The notes beneath the pieces were generated by a model that saw only the letters and a program-made list of their open reading frames with translations, made no database searches and was not told the origin of the DNA. The translations under genes were made by a program, and so were the position numbers. A DNA stretch of 63,546 bases, filler included, from Octopus bimaculoides (Eukaryota): NCBI RefSeq assembly GCF_001194135.2. It is 5 parts of 4 records of this genome, joined end to end, with 100 filler letters (N's around TTAATTAATTAA, not from the genome) between each part and the next. Parts side by side here need not be neighbours in the genome. Positions count along the whole stretch, not along the records: positions 24,982 to 43,225 come from NC_068983.1; 4 more parts are not named here. One strand, 5' to 3'. Positions 25,314 through 36,740 of the stretch are shown here, in pieces (the stretch's first letter is position 1; each line of letters starts with the position of its first letter).

Positions 25314-25873
25314 ACACACCCGTCTTCGTTTTTTTATTTTTTTTATTTTTGTAAATTCTCACTATATATATTACACGCTCACAAGGCCGCACTAGTTATC
25401 CTGTCTCCACCTCATAACACTTCGAACTTTTCTTAGACTATTCTACCTGGACTTTCTTCTACTCTCCTATACCCGGACTCCTACACTTCGGCTGCACCTC
25501 TTACTCGTGGATTACACTGGACTCTTTCTTTGATGAGAAATCGCTCCAATACACCACGACGTTTGAACCTTTTGAACTTTTCTAAACACTTTTTGTACTT
25601 TCTGCTTTTTCCTATTGTCGTTTCTCTTAATCCGCATTTGTTACCTTGCCTCTCTCTCTCTATCCCCTTCTTTTTTCCCTTTTGCGCCATGATAGATCGC
25701 TAGCCACTAAACGTTTTCTATTTTCTCTCCCTGTTTATTTCTGTGTTCCTTTCTGTCGAAGAGCGTAGGCTCGAAACGTAAAAGACTTTCTCACTTCCCG
25801 ATCGTTAAACTAATACATCTGTTTGTTGTTTACATACCCGTCTTCGTCTTTTGTTTTTTTGTAAATTCTCACC
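25314..25873 (+). mobile_element. Family B element in partial-tandem arrangement (tail 25314-25362 + ~510-bp unit with HHR-like motif)
   Basis: CCCGTCTTCGT..TTTGTAAATTCTCAC occurs at both ends; HHR-like motif at 25749-25784. Confidence 0.7.
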
Positions 25874-26449
25874 ATATATATATATATATANNNNNNNNNN
25901 NNNNNNNNNNNNNNNNNNNNNNNNNNNNNNNNNNNNNNNNNNNNNNNNNNNNNNNNNNNNNNNNNNNNNNNNNNNNNNNNNNNNNNNNNNNNNNNNNNNN
26001 NNNNNNNNNNNNNNNNNNNNNNNNNNNNNNNNNNNNNNNNNNNNNNNNNNNNNNNNNNNNNNNNNNNNNNNNNNNNNNNNNNNNNNNNNNNNNNNNNNNN
26101 NNNNNNNNNNNNNNNNNNNNNNNNNNNNNNNNNNNNNNNNNNNNNNNNNNNNNNNNNNNNNNNNNNNNNNNNNNNNNNNNNNNNNNNNNNNNNNNNNNNN
26201 NNNNNNNNNNNNNNNNNNNNNNNNNNNNNNNNNNNNNNNNNNNNNNNNNNNNNNNNNNNNNNNNNNNNNNNNNNNNNNNNNNNNNNNNNNNNNNNNNNNN
26301 NNNNNNNNNNNNNNNNNNNNNNNNNNNNNNNNNNNNNNNNNNNNNNNNNNNNNNNNNNNNNNNNNNNNNNNNNNNNNNNNNNNNNNNNNNNNNNNNNNNN
26401 NNNNNNNNNNNNNNNNNNNNNNNNNNNNNNNNNNNNNNNNNNNNNNNNN

Positions 26450-26630
26450 CTGGGGTTATAGTAGAAGACATTTGCCCAAAACGCAACTTCTAAACCACAC
26501 TGCCATCTTATGGAATTCATTTCCCTCGTTCGATCCCACTGCATGGCAACTTGGTCAAGCGTCTTTTACCATTGTGCAAGTCGGCCCAAACCCTGTGAGT
26601 GTAAATGGAAACTATACGGAACCCCATCGG
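26450..26630. mobile_element. Two SINE family 1 head fragments in opposite orientation
   Basis: TATAGTAGAAGACATTTGCCCAA (minus), then TTCGATCCCACTGCATGGCAACTTGG..CCCTGTGAGTG (plus). Confidence 0.6.
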
Positions 26631-26885
26631 ACGGACTTTAGTTGTAATCCAAAGGCACAATCTTTTCACAATCTGTATCACACCAAGTCTGCTTAAGGAT
26701 TACTATAAATACGCCGACTATTCACAAGTATCACACACACACACACACACACGCCCACGCATATTACATACACATAGACACTCACACATACATCCGCCCG
26801 TTGACACAGACACACACATATGCATACACCCATTCACACATACATATGGTAAAAATATCTGAATCGAATTATCCAATCTCTGTTC

Positions 26886-27093
26886 AGCTAGAATCGCTAC
26901 TGCGTCGGACAAAATGCAAAGTGGTATTTCTTCCTGATCTTTACGTTCTGAGTTCAAGTCTCAATGAGGTCGATTTCACTGTTCATCCTTTTGAGGTCGA
27001 TAAAAGAAGTACCAGCCAAGAACTGAGGTCAATTTAATCAACTTCCCCCTCCTCTCAAAAATTGCTGGCCTTATATCAAAATTAGAAAGAATT
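26886..27093 (+). mobile_element. SINE family 2, diverged
   Basis: TTTACGTTCTGAGTTCAAGT..GAGGTCGA..CATCCTTTTGAGGTCGATAAA. Confidence 0.75.
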
Positions 27094-27437
27094 ATGTTGC
27101 CTGCATGTGACTATAGAATGTTATCAAATTCTAATAGGTGCAGATGGCCAAATGGTAAAGACCTTCATTTCGCAGTCACGATGATCCCAAGTTCAATCTC
27201 ATTGTTTAGCATCGTGTTCACGTCTTTCATTAATGCATCGGGTCGACCCAAGCTTTATAAGTTAAATTGAGTAGATGAAAATTGTTTGGATGGCCGTAGT
27301 CTGGAAGGTCTAGTCATGCACTGTGACAGACTGATTCTGCCTAAAAACTAAGTTAAGAGTAAGCATATCTATGGAATACTCAACTATATCATACATTGAT
27401 GATATTTATATTGATATATACTCAACTATATCATATA

Positions 27438-27654
27438 AAGGCGGCGAGCTGGCAGAAACGTTAGCACGCTGGGCGAAATGCTTAGCGGTATTTCGTCTGT
27501 CTTTACGTTCTGAGTTCAAATTCCGCCGAGGTCGACTTTGCCTTTCATCGTTTCGCGGTCGATTAAATAAGTACCAGTTACGCACTGGGGTCGACATAAT
27601 CGACTTAATCCGTTTGTCCTCTCTGTGTGTAGCCCCTTGTGGGCAGTAAAGACA
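27438..27654 (+). mobile_element. SINE family 2, well-preserved full copy
   Basis: AAGGCGGCGAGCTGGCAGAAACG (A box)...GAGTTCAAATTCC (B box)...AGCCCCTTGTGGGCAGTAAAGA. Confidence 0.9.
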
Positions 27655-28359
27655 TATGTTATACATTGATTCAATGAATAACTCATTCAATTGGTCACCA
27701 GCTATATACTCATCGTCGAAACTGATGGAGATGTATCTACCAATTTGCACCTGTAACACTGGAGTTCATTATTTTCCCCAAAGGAGGACAAACGAAAGGG
27801 GTTTATATCGTCTTGATATGATTACATCTAAAGGACATTATAATTTCCACAGATAATTATAAGACATAAGGACGCAGGGACTAATTAGGTCCATAGAAAA
27901 ATGGGAGGATTTAAATGCTAACAGGGCATTATGGGATATATTATGTAGTAAATCGCTTCATCATTAGGAAATTAAGCAAATCCAGAAAACATAAAAGCTA
28001 CCAATTAGAAATCTACTGAAAAGTTTTACACACAGGACGCATCCACACATATACAAAAATATATATCTGAACATATACATGAATATAGGTGAAGAATCAC
28101 ACACATATATGCATATTATAAACACATGCACACACAGCTCCTGCCCATTCGTTGATTCACCAATTAGAGATGCCAAATATGCTGAAAAAGAAAGTAACAC
28201 CCAAATAATTGGAATTTTGGACAGATATGTGTGCGTAAGCATATATTAATTCATACGTACATAATATATGAACATATATATACATGTGTGTGTGTATGTA
28301 TAAATATATGTATGTGTGTGTATATATATATATATATATATTGGCCGTACGGCTTTTTA

Positions 28360-28593
28360 ATGTTGTTTTCACTGTCCATTTTTTCCTGTCTTGGTTTGTG
28401 CTTGCCACCTTGGAATCCTCTGTTTAGTGGGTCGATTCACTACTCAGGAAGGGACTATTCTAGAGTACGTTCTGCCTTATCTTCGAAACGTCTAGTTAGA
28501 ATAGAGGCAGCTGACGAAGGATTAATTCCAAGTGGCTATCTGTTTTCCTATGTGTTCGTACCGTTGTCTGTAGTTCATTTTTCTAACGTCCTG
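28360..28593 (+). mobile_element. Repeat family C, Penelope-terminus-like, with two tandem degenerate HHR-like motifs
   Basis: ACTA-CTCAGGA-A-GGG..TTC-GAAACGTC-TAGT and CTGACGA-A-GGA-TTAAT-TCC. Confidence 0.45.
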
Positions 28594-29112
28594 NNNNNNN
28601 NNNNNNNNNNNNNNNNNNNNNNNNNNNNNNNNNNNNNNNNNNNNNNNNNNNNNNNNNNNNNNNNNNNNNNNNNNNNNNNNNNNATATATATATATATATA
28701 TATATAATTAAATTAGATTCGGGTAAAAACCTTGTAGAATACTACGCAAAGCTCGTCTGTAGTTATTGGGTATCTAATGTCATCATACTGTGGAAATGCT
28801 CCTTCCTGCTACTGGATATGCATCAGGAATTCCATAGTATCAGTAGAATTTATATAAGCAAACAAATGATAGAAAACGGAATTAACGACATTCAGGAAAA
28901 AATCGCTTCAATTGTTTCGACAGATTTTTTACACCCGTAGTACATTAGTAAAATGTTGCGTAATCATTATCATGCATTCAGGGTATAAAATACGCCTCCA
29001 CAGGTGATTGTTTAAATAAGTCCTCCGTTAGACCTTACTCCGTTTTACTCCGTGTGAGAGTGCATACCCAAAGAATATCGTTCATTCTATTTTCGGTCAT
29101 TTATTTATATAA

Positions 29113-29225
29113 GGCTTAGCGGTATTTCGTCTGTCCCTACGTTCTGACTTGAAATTCCACCAGCCTTTCAAACGTTTGATAAAATAAGTACCAGTTGAGT
29201 ACTAGGGTTGATGTAATTGACTTAA
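29113..29225 (+). mobile_element. SINE family 2 fragment
   Basis: GCTTAGCGGTATTTCGTCTG..GATAAAATAAGTACCAGTTGAG. Confidence 0.75.
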
Positions 29226-29419
29226 CTACTACTGCGTATGAGTATAAAAACTGCACCCCTTTGCCAAGGCATATCGAGCCAGTGCGATATAGTAGGCTCA
29301 TCAAACTAGTATAATCTCAAGCTCAAATTTACGGCTTCCATATCGGACCATGGTTGGTGGAGAAAATATGCATATATGGGTGGGTAATATATATATATGT
29401 GTGTGTATGTGTGTGTGCG

Positions 29420-29610
29420 TGTTATGGGGATAATAATAATAATACCCCTTCCATGCGACGAGTGGTATGTGCTAGTCGTCACAAATACTGTAACGTAGTA
29501 AGTCGTGTCGCCGAGAAGTCAGCCATAGATAGTCGTGTCTTTACTTGTCTAACTAACTATAGTGCTGTACCGGAGTGGGCGTTATAACAGTCTGACATTG
29601 GATTACAACA
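29420..29610 (+). repeat. 5' LTR
   Basis: TGTTATGGGGAT...GGATTACAACA, homologous to the 3' LTR. Confidence 0.9.
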
Positions 29611-29611
29611 G

Positions 29612-29623
29612 TGGTGACGAGGA
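29612..29623 (+). promoter_or_regulatory. Primer-binding site TGGTGACGAGGA (tRNA-Ser(GCT)-like 3' end)
   Basis: 1 nt after the LTR; complementary to ..UCCUCGUCG-CCA with one G-U pair. Confidence 0.75.
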
Positions 29624-29781
29624 GTTAAGAAATTCACGAGGATTAAACAAACTCACAAGGTATACAAAATCGTAAAATTTTGGAAGAACTGTTGACCAGT
29701 TTGCTCGAGTTGCAAAAAAAAAAAAGCAACTACAAGAAGAAGAAGAACAACAACAACAACAATTCCTATTACAGCAACAAA

Positions 29782-30432
29782 TGTTCCAATTAATGAATAA
29801 GTCGTCCAAAAATGCTGAAAAAGATGTTCTCGCCAGATTATGTTGCAAACTCAATAACCGAATTTAAGTATGAACCAGACGAGGGAGTTACCTTCGAGGC
29901 GTACTATAGAAGATATGAACAGATCTTCAATAAAGAGTGCAAAGATTGGGATGAAGATATGAAAACGCATCTAATCTTAAGAAAACTCGCAGGAGAATAC
30001 GAGCATTACAGCAATTACGTACTCCCGAAAAAACCTTCTGACATAAACTACAGAAACACAATAGACATATTGTGTAAAATTTTTAGCGAGAAAAGCTCGT
30101 TTTTCAATACATGCAGGAAATGTCTGAACTTAGAAAAGAACAACGAGGAGGACTACATCACATACGCTAGTAGAGTTAACAGAGAATTTGTAAGGTTCAA
30201 ACTGGACGAGTTAACGCCAGACATGTTCAAGTGCCTGATATTTACTCAGGGACTAACTGCAGAAAAAGACGCAAAGGTAAGAACAAGAATTCTCGTTAAA
30301 CTGGAAGAAAACCAAGTTGTAACCTTACAATTGTCAGAAGAATGTGAAAGAATAGTAAAGCACGACATAGAGAAAATTGAACATAAAGACTGCTCCCGAG
30401 TGAAACAAGATGTCGTCGAAAGGAAATGGTAA
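29782..30432 (+). pseudogene. gag: gag of the Ty3/gypsy element
   Basis: SITEFKYEPDEGVTFEAYYRRYEQIF...CLNLEK..EDYITYASRVNREFVRFKL, typical of Cer/K02A2.6-like gags; no zinc knuckle retained. Confidence 0.8.
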
Positions 30433-31627
30433 TGTGACGAAGAGGAAATTCGTAAATGTAAAAATTGAAAATATAAGAGTAAATATGCAGTTAGTTACTG
30501 GAAGTGACATTACCATTGTGAATGGAGAAAGCTGGAAGTATATCGGTAAGCCAAAATTAAGTAAATCTACGAAAGTAGCACACGGTGTTACGGGTAAAAG
30601 ATTGTATTTTGTAGGTGAATCTGTGTGTAATGTAACATTTCGTGATCAAATGAAAACGGCAAAAGTATGCGTTAAAAATTCAGTAAACTTGTTCGGCATA
30701 AAGTGGATGAAACTATTGAAATTGTGGAATGCACCCATAAGTGTTTTGTGTGGGAATAAAGCTGGTTCAATCGAAGTTTCGAATGCACCTGAAGGATTGA
30801 AACGAAAAGTAAAACATTTATTCCCAGATGTTTATTTCGGATGAACTGGGCTGCTGCACGAAAACGAAGGCAAAAATTATCGTAAAACAAAGTGCAACAC
30901 CAATATTTAAGCCAAGACGTAATGTACCGTTCGCGGCACTAGAACAAGTAAATAAGGAACTTGAAAGCCTAGGAATAATCGAAAAGACGGACCACTCAGA
31001 TTGGAGAGCGCCTACGGTCTACGTAAAAAAGAAAAATGATAAGTTACGAGCTTGTACAGATTTTTCAACGGGATTAAACGATTGCCTAAACTCACATAAC
31101 TACCCGTTGCTGAGTCCTGAGGAAGTGTTCGCAAAATTGAATAGAGGGAAATTCTTCTTAAAATCAGACCTCTCGGAGGCATACTTACAAATACAAGAAG
31201 AATACGCACACTTATTAGTCATTAATACACACCATGGCTTATTTAAATTGAAGCGGCTTTCCTTCGGTGTAAAAGTTGCTCCTTCCGTATTTCAACAAAT
31301 AATGGATACAACACTGGCGGACTGTGATTTTGCTATCGCCTATTTAGACAATATCCTAAAACAAAAAAAAAGCGAATCACACGAACATGTAGAACGCGTT
31401 AAAATGGGTATTCGGAAAGATAAGAGAATATGGCTTTAAGCTAAGTGAAGTAAAATACGAGTTCTTTTTGAAAAAAATTAAATACTTGGGCCAGATAATA
31501 GATAAAAACGGACGTAAACCGGATCTATCCAGAGCAACTGCGATAAGAAAAAATGTGCCCGCGCCGAATAATGTGACTATGTTACAAGCATTTTCGGGAT
31601 TAGTAAATTACTGACAAAATTTATATT
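30433..31627 (+). pseudogene. pol: pol protease + reverse transcriptase, frameshifted
   Basis: MQLVTGSDITI (DTG mutated), W.APTVYVKK..LRACTDFSTGLN, DLSEAYLQI, RLSFGVKVAPSVFQQIMD, AYLDNIL (YLDD mutated), LQAFSGLVNY. Confidence 0.9.
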
Positions 31628-31730
31628 CATTATTTACATTATTTACAATTGACGGATATTTGTCCTCATCTTGTTTGTTGTCAACACAACGTTTCGACTG
31701 ATATACCCTCCAGCCTTCATCAGGCGTCTT
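31628..31730 (-). mobile_element. Family A tail fragment (hammerhead-bearing) inside the Ty3 pol
   Basis: Minus strand AAGACGCCTGATGAAGGCTGGAGGGTATATCAGTCGAAACGTTGTGTTGACAACAAACAAGATGAGGAC.. matches 10812-10851. Confidence 0.9.
31683..31728 (-). ncRNA. Complete type I minimal hammerhead ribozyme motif
   Basis: Stem I GACGC/GUGUU, CUGAUGA + extra A, stem II GGCUG/CAGUC, GAAA, palindromic ACGU stem III, GUU triplet. Confidence 0.75.
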
Positions 31731-31916
31731 GTATGAACCGTTTAAGGGACCAGCGAAATCAATGTGTAGTCTTGACCACGGAAGATCTACTTTTGACCAA
31801 AGTTCACTTTTTATCGTCGGTAATTTTGCTGCTAGAGCACATCTTATGAATTCTTTCACTAAATTTTCAATTCCTCTATCCATTTTTGGCCAGTACACGT
31901 AGTTACGCATTAAAGC
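31731..31916 (-). pseudogene. Inverted integrase N-terminal fragment
   Basis: ALMRNYVYWPKMDRGIENLVKEFIRCA...PWSRLHIDFAGPLNGSY, on the strand opposite to the rest of pol. Confidence 0.88.
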
Positions 31917-31939
31917 GGGGGGCTGGGTGGGTATATCAG

Positions 31940-32358
31940 ATGTGTCACCAGCGGAGTTGATGTTTGCGAGGAAAATAAAATCAGTCTTCGACAAATTGCT
32001 ACCTGGTAAGAAAAGAAAAATTGCAATGGATAATACAGTAAGATATTTCAAAATTGGTGAAAATGTATTTGTTAGGGTATATAAAACGGAAAACAAAGCT
32101 GGGAAGACGGCGTGATTACCAAATGCATAGGAAAAATGCTATACTTGGTAAAAGGAAGAAGATGGCTATGCAAGAGACGCATAAATCAACTGAAAAAAAG
32201 ATTCGTTGAGAGCGAACCCATGAGAATGAAAGAACCAATGGAATGGTTATGATACTTTTCAAGTACCAGCGCCACTACAAATAATTGAACACAGACGCAT
32301 ACTCAAAAGAAAATTTACGGAGTTCCTGGAAGTGGATGCCAAACGAAAAGAATTTTAA
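31940..32358 (+). pseudogene. Integrase C-terminal remnant
   Basis: SPAELMFARKIKSVFDKLLPG..FKIGENVFVR. Confidence 0.85.
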
Positions 32359-32472
32359 ATTTGTAACTGTATGAAAAAAAAACCCTCAAAAAAGGGAGGT
32401 TGGGTGATGTAAAAATTATCAATAAAAGGAAATAAAATTACACTCCCTGAGAAAAAAAATTAAAAGGAAAGA

Positions 32473-32647
32473 TGTTATGGGGATAACAACAACAACAATA
32501 ATAATAATAATGGAACACACCTCCCACGTGACGAGTGGTATGTGCGAGTCGTCGAGAAGTTGATCATAGATAGTCATGTCTTTACTTGTCTAACTATACA
32601 GCTATACCGGAGGTTACGTTGTAACCGTCCGACGTTGGATTACAACA
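32473..32647 (+). repeat. 3' LTR, preceded by PPT AAAAGGAAAGA (32462-32472)
   Basis: Homologous to the 5' LTR, with a ~30-bp internal deletion and many substitutions. Confidence 0.9.
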
Positions 32648-32793
32648 ATATATATATAATGTATAATGCTTTTTATCCAAATGTTACGTTGCTTTTGTTA
32701 TATATTAATCTAGGGTGTATTATACATGTATTACTCTATGATGTACTCTATCTAAAACGTTTCTTAATTCTACTGAAATATTGACATAAGGCT

Positions 32794-32864
32794 AAGACGG
32801 CGAACTGGCAGAACGGTTAGCACGCCGCGGAACATGCTTAGCGGCATTTCGTCCATCTTTACGG
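32794..32864 (+). mobile_element. SINE family 2 head fragment
   Basis: GGCGAACTGGCAGAACGGTTAGCACGCC..ATGCTTAGCGGCATTTCG. Confidence 0.75.
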
Positions 32865-33014
32865 CCTTACTTTATATTTCGCTGGAATAGACGATTGGGT
32901 ACGGCTGTTTGGACGCTGACGATTTACCAAGGCTGACTAGACATTGAACCTGTTTTGGAGAGAATACGTTTTGGTACTGGGGGCAAAGACACACACATGC
33001 ATGCATGCATGCAT

Positions 33015-33135
33015 GCGCGTGCAGAAACAAACTGAGAGAGCAAGGCATTATAACATTACAATTTATTAACTGTGCACGAATGACAAACATCTTGCCTCTC
33101 ATCACACAAATGAAGAGAAATGTGCTCACAAACAT

Positions 33136-33200
<65 letters not shown>

Positions 33201-33500
33201 TAAAGAGGAGGAAACCATTAAAACGGCAGCATTGAATCAGTGACGCCAAATAGTACATTTTAGCACTAGAGGCAAACGCACAGAAGTATACACATGCAGA
33301 GAGAGAGAGAAAGAGAGAGAGATTACAATTTATTAATTGAACACGATTGACAAATACTTTGCCTCTCCTAAAACTCATAATGAGAACTATGTTCACACAT
33401 GTTAGCAGAGAGAGACAGGGTAGGAAGAAGAGAACGAGAAAAACATTAAAACGCCTGTGTCAAATAAGTCAACATCGAATCAGCGACGTCAATTAGGCTG
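33015..33500 (+). repeat. Old local tandem duplication, two ~250-bp units
   Basis: ATTACAATTTATTAA.TG..CACGA.TGACAAA...TTGCCTCTC and CATTAAAACG...GAATCAG.GACG occur twice. Confidence 0.7.
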
Positions 33501-34953
33501 CGTGAAATTGGTTGTGCGAAACATCTCATACCAATATCTCGCATGGTGTTGTTAAAATAGGTGCTTGGCATAAGTCGGGGTTGCTTCGATTTTTTACTGT
33601 ATTCTTTTATTCATGTTAACGTATTCAGACTATAACACGAGATTCAACATAACTTTGCACTAAAATATAGCAAATAGAGACCAAAAAATAGTGAAGATTA
33701 TTGTAAAGTTGCGTCAATCTGTTAGGAACAGCAACTAAATCTTTCCCAAATTACACATAACAATCTTAAAAAGAGATGTACACATTGCGGGATGATCATG
33801 GTTGGAACGATTTTGATCATAGATCTTTTCAATAAGATTTCGAAAATAGATCTTATTCAGCTGCACTGAGTTCCTATCTTCCTGTTTTACGCGCTCTGTG
33901 TGATTTGAACTCACATTTTCTTGTTTGATTTCGTCTTCTTTCTTTAGTGATATCCTTTTATTTTTCCTTTCTCTTTCATTCTTTTATTTATTTTTTTTTC
34001 GTCCCGTCTCCAGAAAATGAAAGAAGAAAGGGCAAGGAAAGCCGGACCAAGTTTATAAAAGAAACATAAACTTCCATCTCTATATTGTATTGTGTATTTA
34101 TTAAATTAGTGTCTTTATGCGTGAATTTAAACTGTGTTTTGCTGAAACACAAGAACCTATTGAAAGAACCGAAGAAATAAAGTGGAGTACATTAAGTACA
34201 AAAGCTGAAACCAAAAACAAACAAAACAAAACAAAGACGACTTTGGCTGACATCGGTATCAAAGGTGGGTGTAAGTATCTTTGTGGAAGAAATTTACTGA
34301 CTGAGATGAACACCTAAAGAGGTTACTCATCCGTTAAAACAGAAATAGTGATATTAACAGATTTTTTTTTCTTCACGCAAACGAAATTATGTCGACAAAA
34401 TGAGAGAGGGATTAAGATATTTTGGCAGTTAAGTGAATTGGTCTGGTTTACATTTTAACAGCATCTTTTGTTCGAGAGATTATCCCATTTGACTTCTGAC
34501 TTTTGTGAGGTCAGATTATTGAAAACAAATGACCCGCATATCCCTCAACATAATGTCGACCCAGTGAAAGGATAAGACGAAAATGCTGCTTAGTTTATGG
34601 ATGTAAAAATAGTGATTTATCTATATACAGAATCTGAGAGAAATTTCAAGAATCTAAATTAAGCAGCAATGTAGCGTATCCTTAATTCGGAAAGGAGCAA
34701 GATTCTTTTTATATATACAGCACATAGAAAATTAATGAAGTTAACTGTGACGACGTTCCTTAAGATGGCGGTTACCGAAATATAAAATCAAAGGGCTTAT
34801 TTACTCATATTTCTCGTCAGAGATAACAATGTTCATATAGATCAAGTTTTGAGGGCTGTAGGTTCGTATCTCACTAAGGTGTCATTCATGGCTATCCTGT
34901 TTCTTCTTCTTCTTCTTCTTCTTATCATTATTATTATCATTATTATTAGTATT

Positions 34954-35170
34954 AAGGTGGTGAACTGGTAGAATCGTAACCGCGCTAAGCAAAACGCTTA
35001 GCGGCATTTCGTCTGTCTTTATGTTCTGAGATCAAATTCCGCCGAGGTCGACTTTGTCTTTCATCCTTTTGGGGTCGATAAATTAAGTACCAGTGAAACA
35101 CTGGGGTCGATGTAATCGACTCATTCCCTCCTCCAAAATTGCTGCCCTTGTGTCAAAATTTAAAACTATT
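34954..35170 (+). mobile_element. SINE family 2
   Basis: Close match to 27438-27654. Confidence 0.88.
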
Positions 35171-35178
35171 ACTATAAT

Positions 35179-35529
35179 TGTTGTTGTTGTTGGCACTCCG
35201 TCGCTTACGACGTCGAGGGTTCCAGTTGATCCGATCAACGGAACAGCCTGCTCGTGAAATTAACGTGCAAGTGGCTGAGCACTCCACAGACACGTGTACC
35301 CTTAACGTAGTTCTTGGGGACATTCAGCGTGACACAGTACGACAAGGCTGACCCTTTGAATTACAGGCACAACAGAAACAGGAAGTAAGAGTGAGAGAAA
35401 GTTGCGGTGGAAGAGTAAAGCAGGGTTCGCCACAATCCCCTGCCGGAGCCTCGTGGAGCTTTTAGGTGTTTTCGCTCAATAAACACTCACAACGCCTGGT
35501 CTTGGAATCGAAACCGTGATCCTATGACC
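35179..35529 (-). mobile_element. tRNA-derived SINE family 3, head lost in gap
   Basis: Reverse complement of 48431-48807, with (AAC)n tail. Confidence 0.9.
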
Positions 35530-36740
35530 NNNNNNNNNNNNNNNNNNNNNNNNNNNNNNNNNNNNNNNNNNNNNNNNNNNNNNNNNNNNNNNNNNNNNNN
35601 NNNNNNNNNNNNNNNNNNNNNNNNNNNNNNNNNNNNNNNNNNNNNNNNNNNNNNNNNNNNNNNNNNNNNNNNNNNNNNNNNNNNNNNNNNNNNNNNNNNN
35701 NNNNNNNNNNNNNNNNNNNNNNNNNNNNNNNNNNNNNNNNNNNNNNNNNNNNNNNNNNNNNNNNNNNNNNNNNNNNNNNNNNNNNNNNNNNNNNNNNNNN
35801 NNNNNNNNNNNNNNNNNNNNNNNNNNNNNNNNNNNNNNNNNNNNNNNNNNNNNNNNNNNNNNNNNNNNNNNNNNNNNNNNNNNNNNNNNNNNNNNNNNNN
35901 NNNNNNNNNNNNNNNNNNNNNNNNNNNNNNNNNNNNNNNNNNNNNNNNNNNNNNNNNNNNNNNNNNNNNNNNNNNNNNNNNNNNNNNNNNNNNNNNNNNN
36001 NNNNNNNNNNNNNNNNNNNNNNNNNNNNNNNNNNNNNNNNNNNNNNNNNNNNNNNNNNNNNNNNNNNNNNNNNNNNNNNNNNNNNNNNNNNNNNNNNNNN
36101 NNNNNNNNNNNNNNNNNNNNNNNNNNNNNNNNNNNNNNNNNNNNNNNNNNNNNNNNNNNNNNNNNNNNNNNNNNNNNNNNNNNNNNNNNNNNNNNNNNNN
36201 NNNNNNNNNNNNNNNNNNNNNNNNNNNNNNNNNNNNNNNNNNNNNNNNNNNNNNNNNNNNNNNNNNNNNNNNNNNNNNNNNNNNNNNNNNNNNNNNNNNN
36301 NNNNNNNNNNNNNNNNNNNNNNNNNNNNNNNNNNNNNNNNNNNNNNNNNNNNNNNNNNNNNNNNNNNNNNNNNNNNNNNNNNNNNNNNNNNNNNNNNNNN
36401 NNNNNNNNNNNNNNNNNNNNNNNNNNNNNNNNNNNNNNNNNNNNNNNNNNNNNNNNNNNNNNNNNNNNNNNNNNNNNNNNNNNNNNNNNNNNNNNNNNNN
36501 NNNNCCTCCTCCCTCACTCGACATTGTTGGCTTTCTGCCAAAAGTTAGAAAGAAACAAAATGTTAGAAACAATTGCTTTTACGAAATAACATCTATGCTG
36601 ACCACAGTCGCAACAAGACTGATTAGCGATCAAGGAATGAATGTGAATGCAGTGTTTCTATTTTTAAAACTTGATTATTGTTGTGGTCGTTAGCCCCGAT
36701 CAATCAGACCAAAGATATTTCAGCCTCACCAATTTTCTCA

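Larger units (their letters stand above)
29420..32647 (+). mobile_element. Ty3/gypsy LTR retrotransposon, decayed and internally rearranged
   Basis: TG..CA LTRs at 29420-29610 and 32473-32647, PBS, gag, PR, RT, IN remnants and PPT; RNase H and most of the integrase core are missing. Confidence 0.95.
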
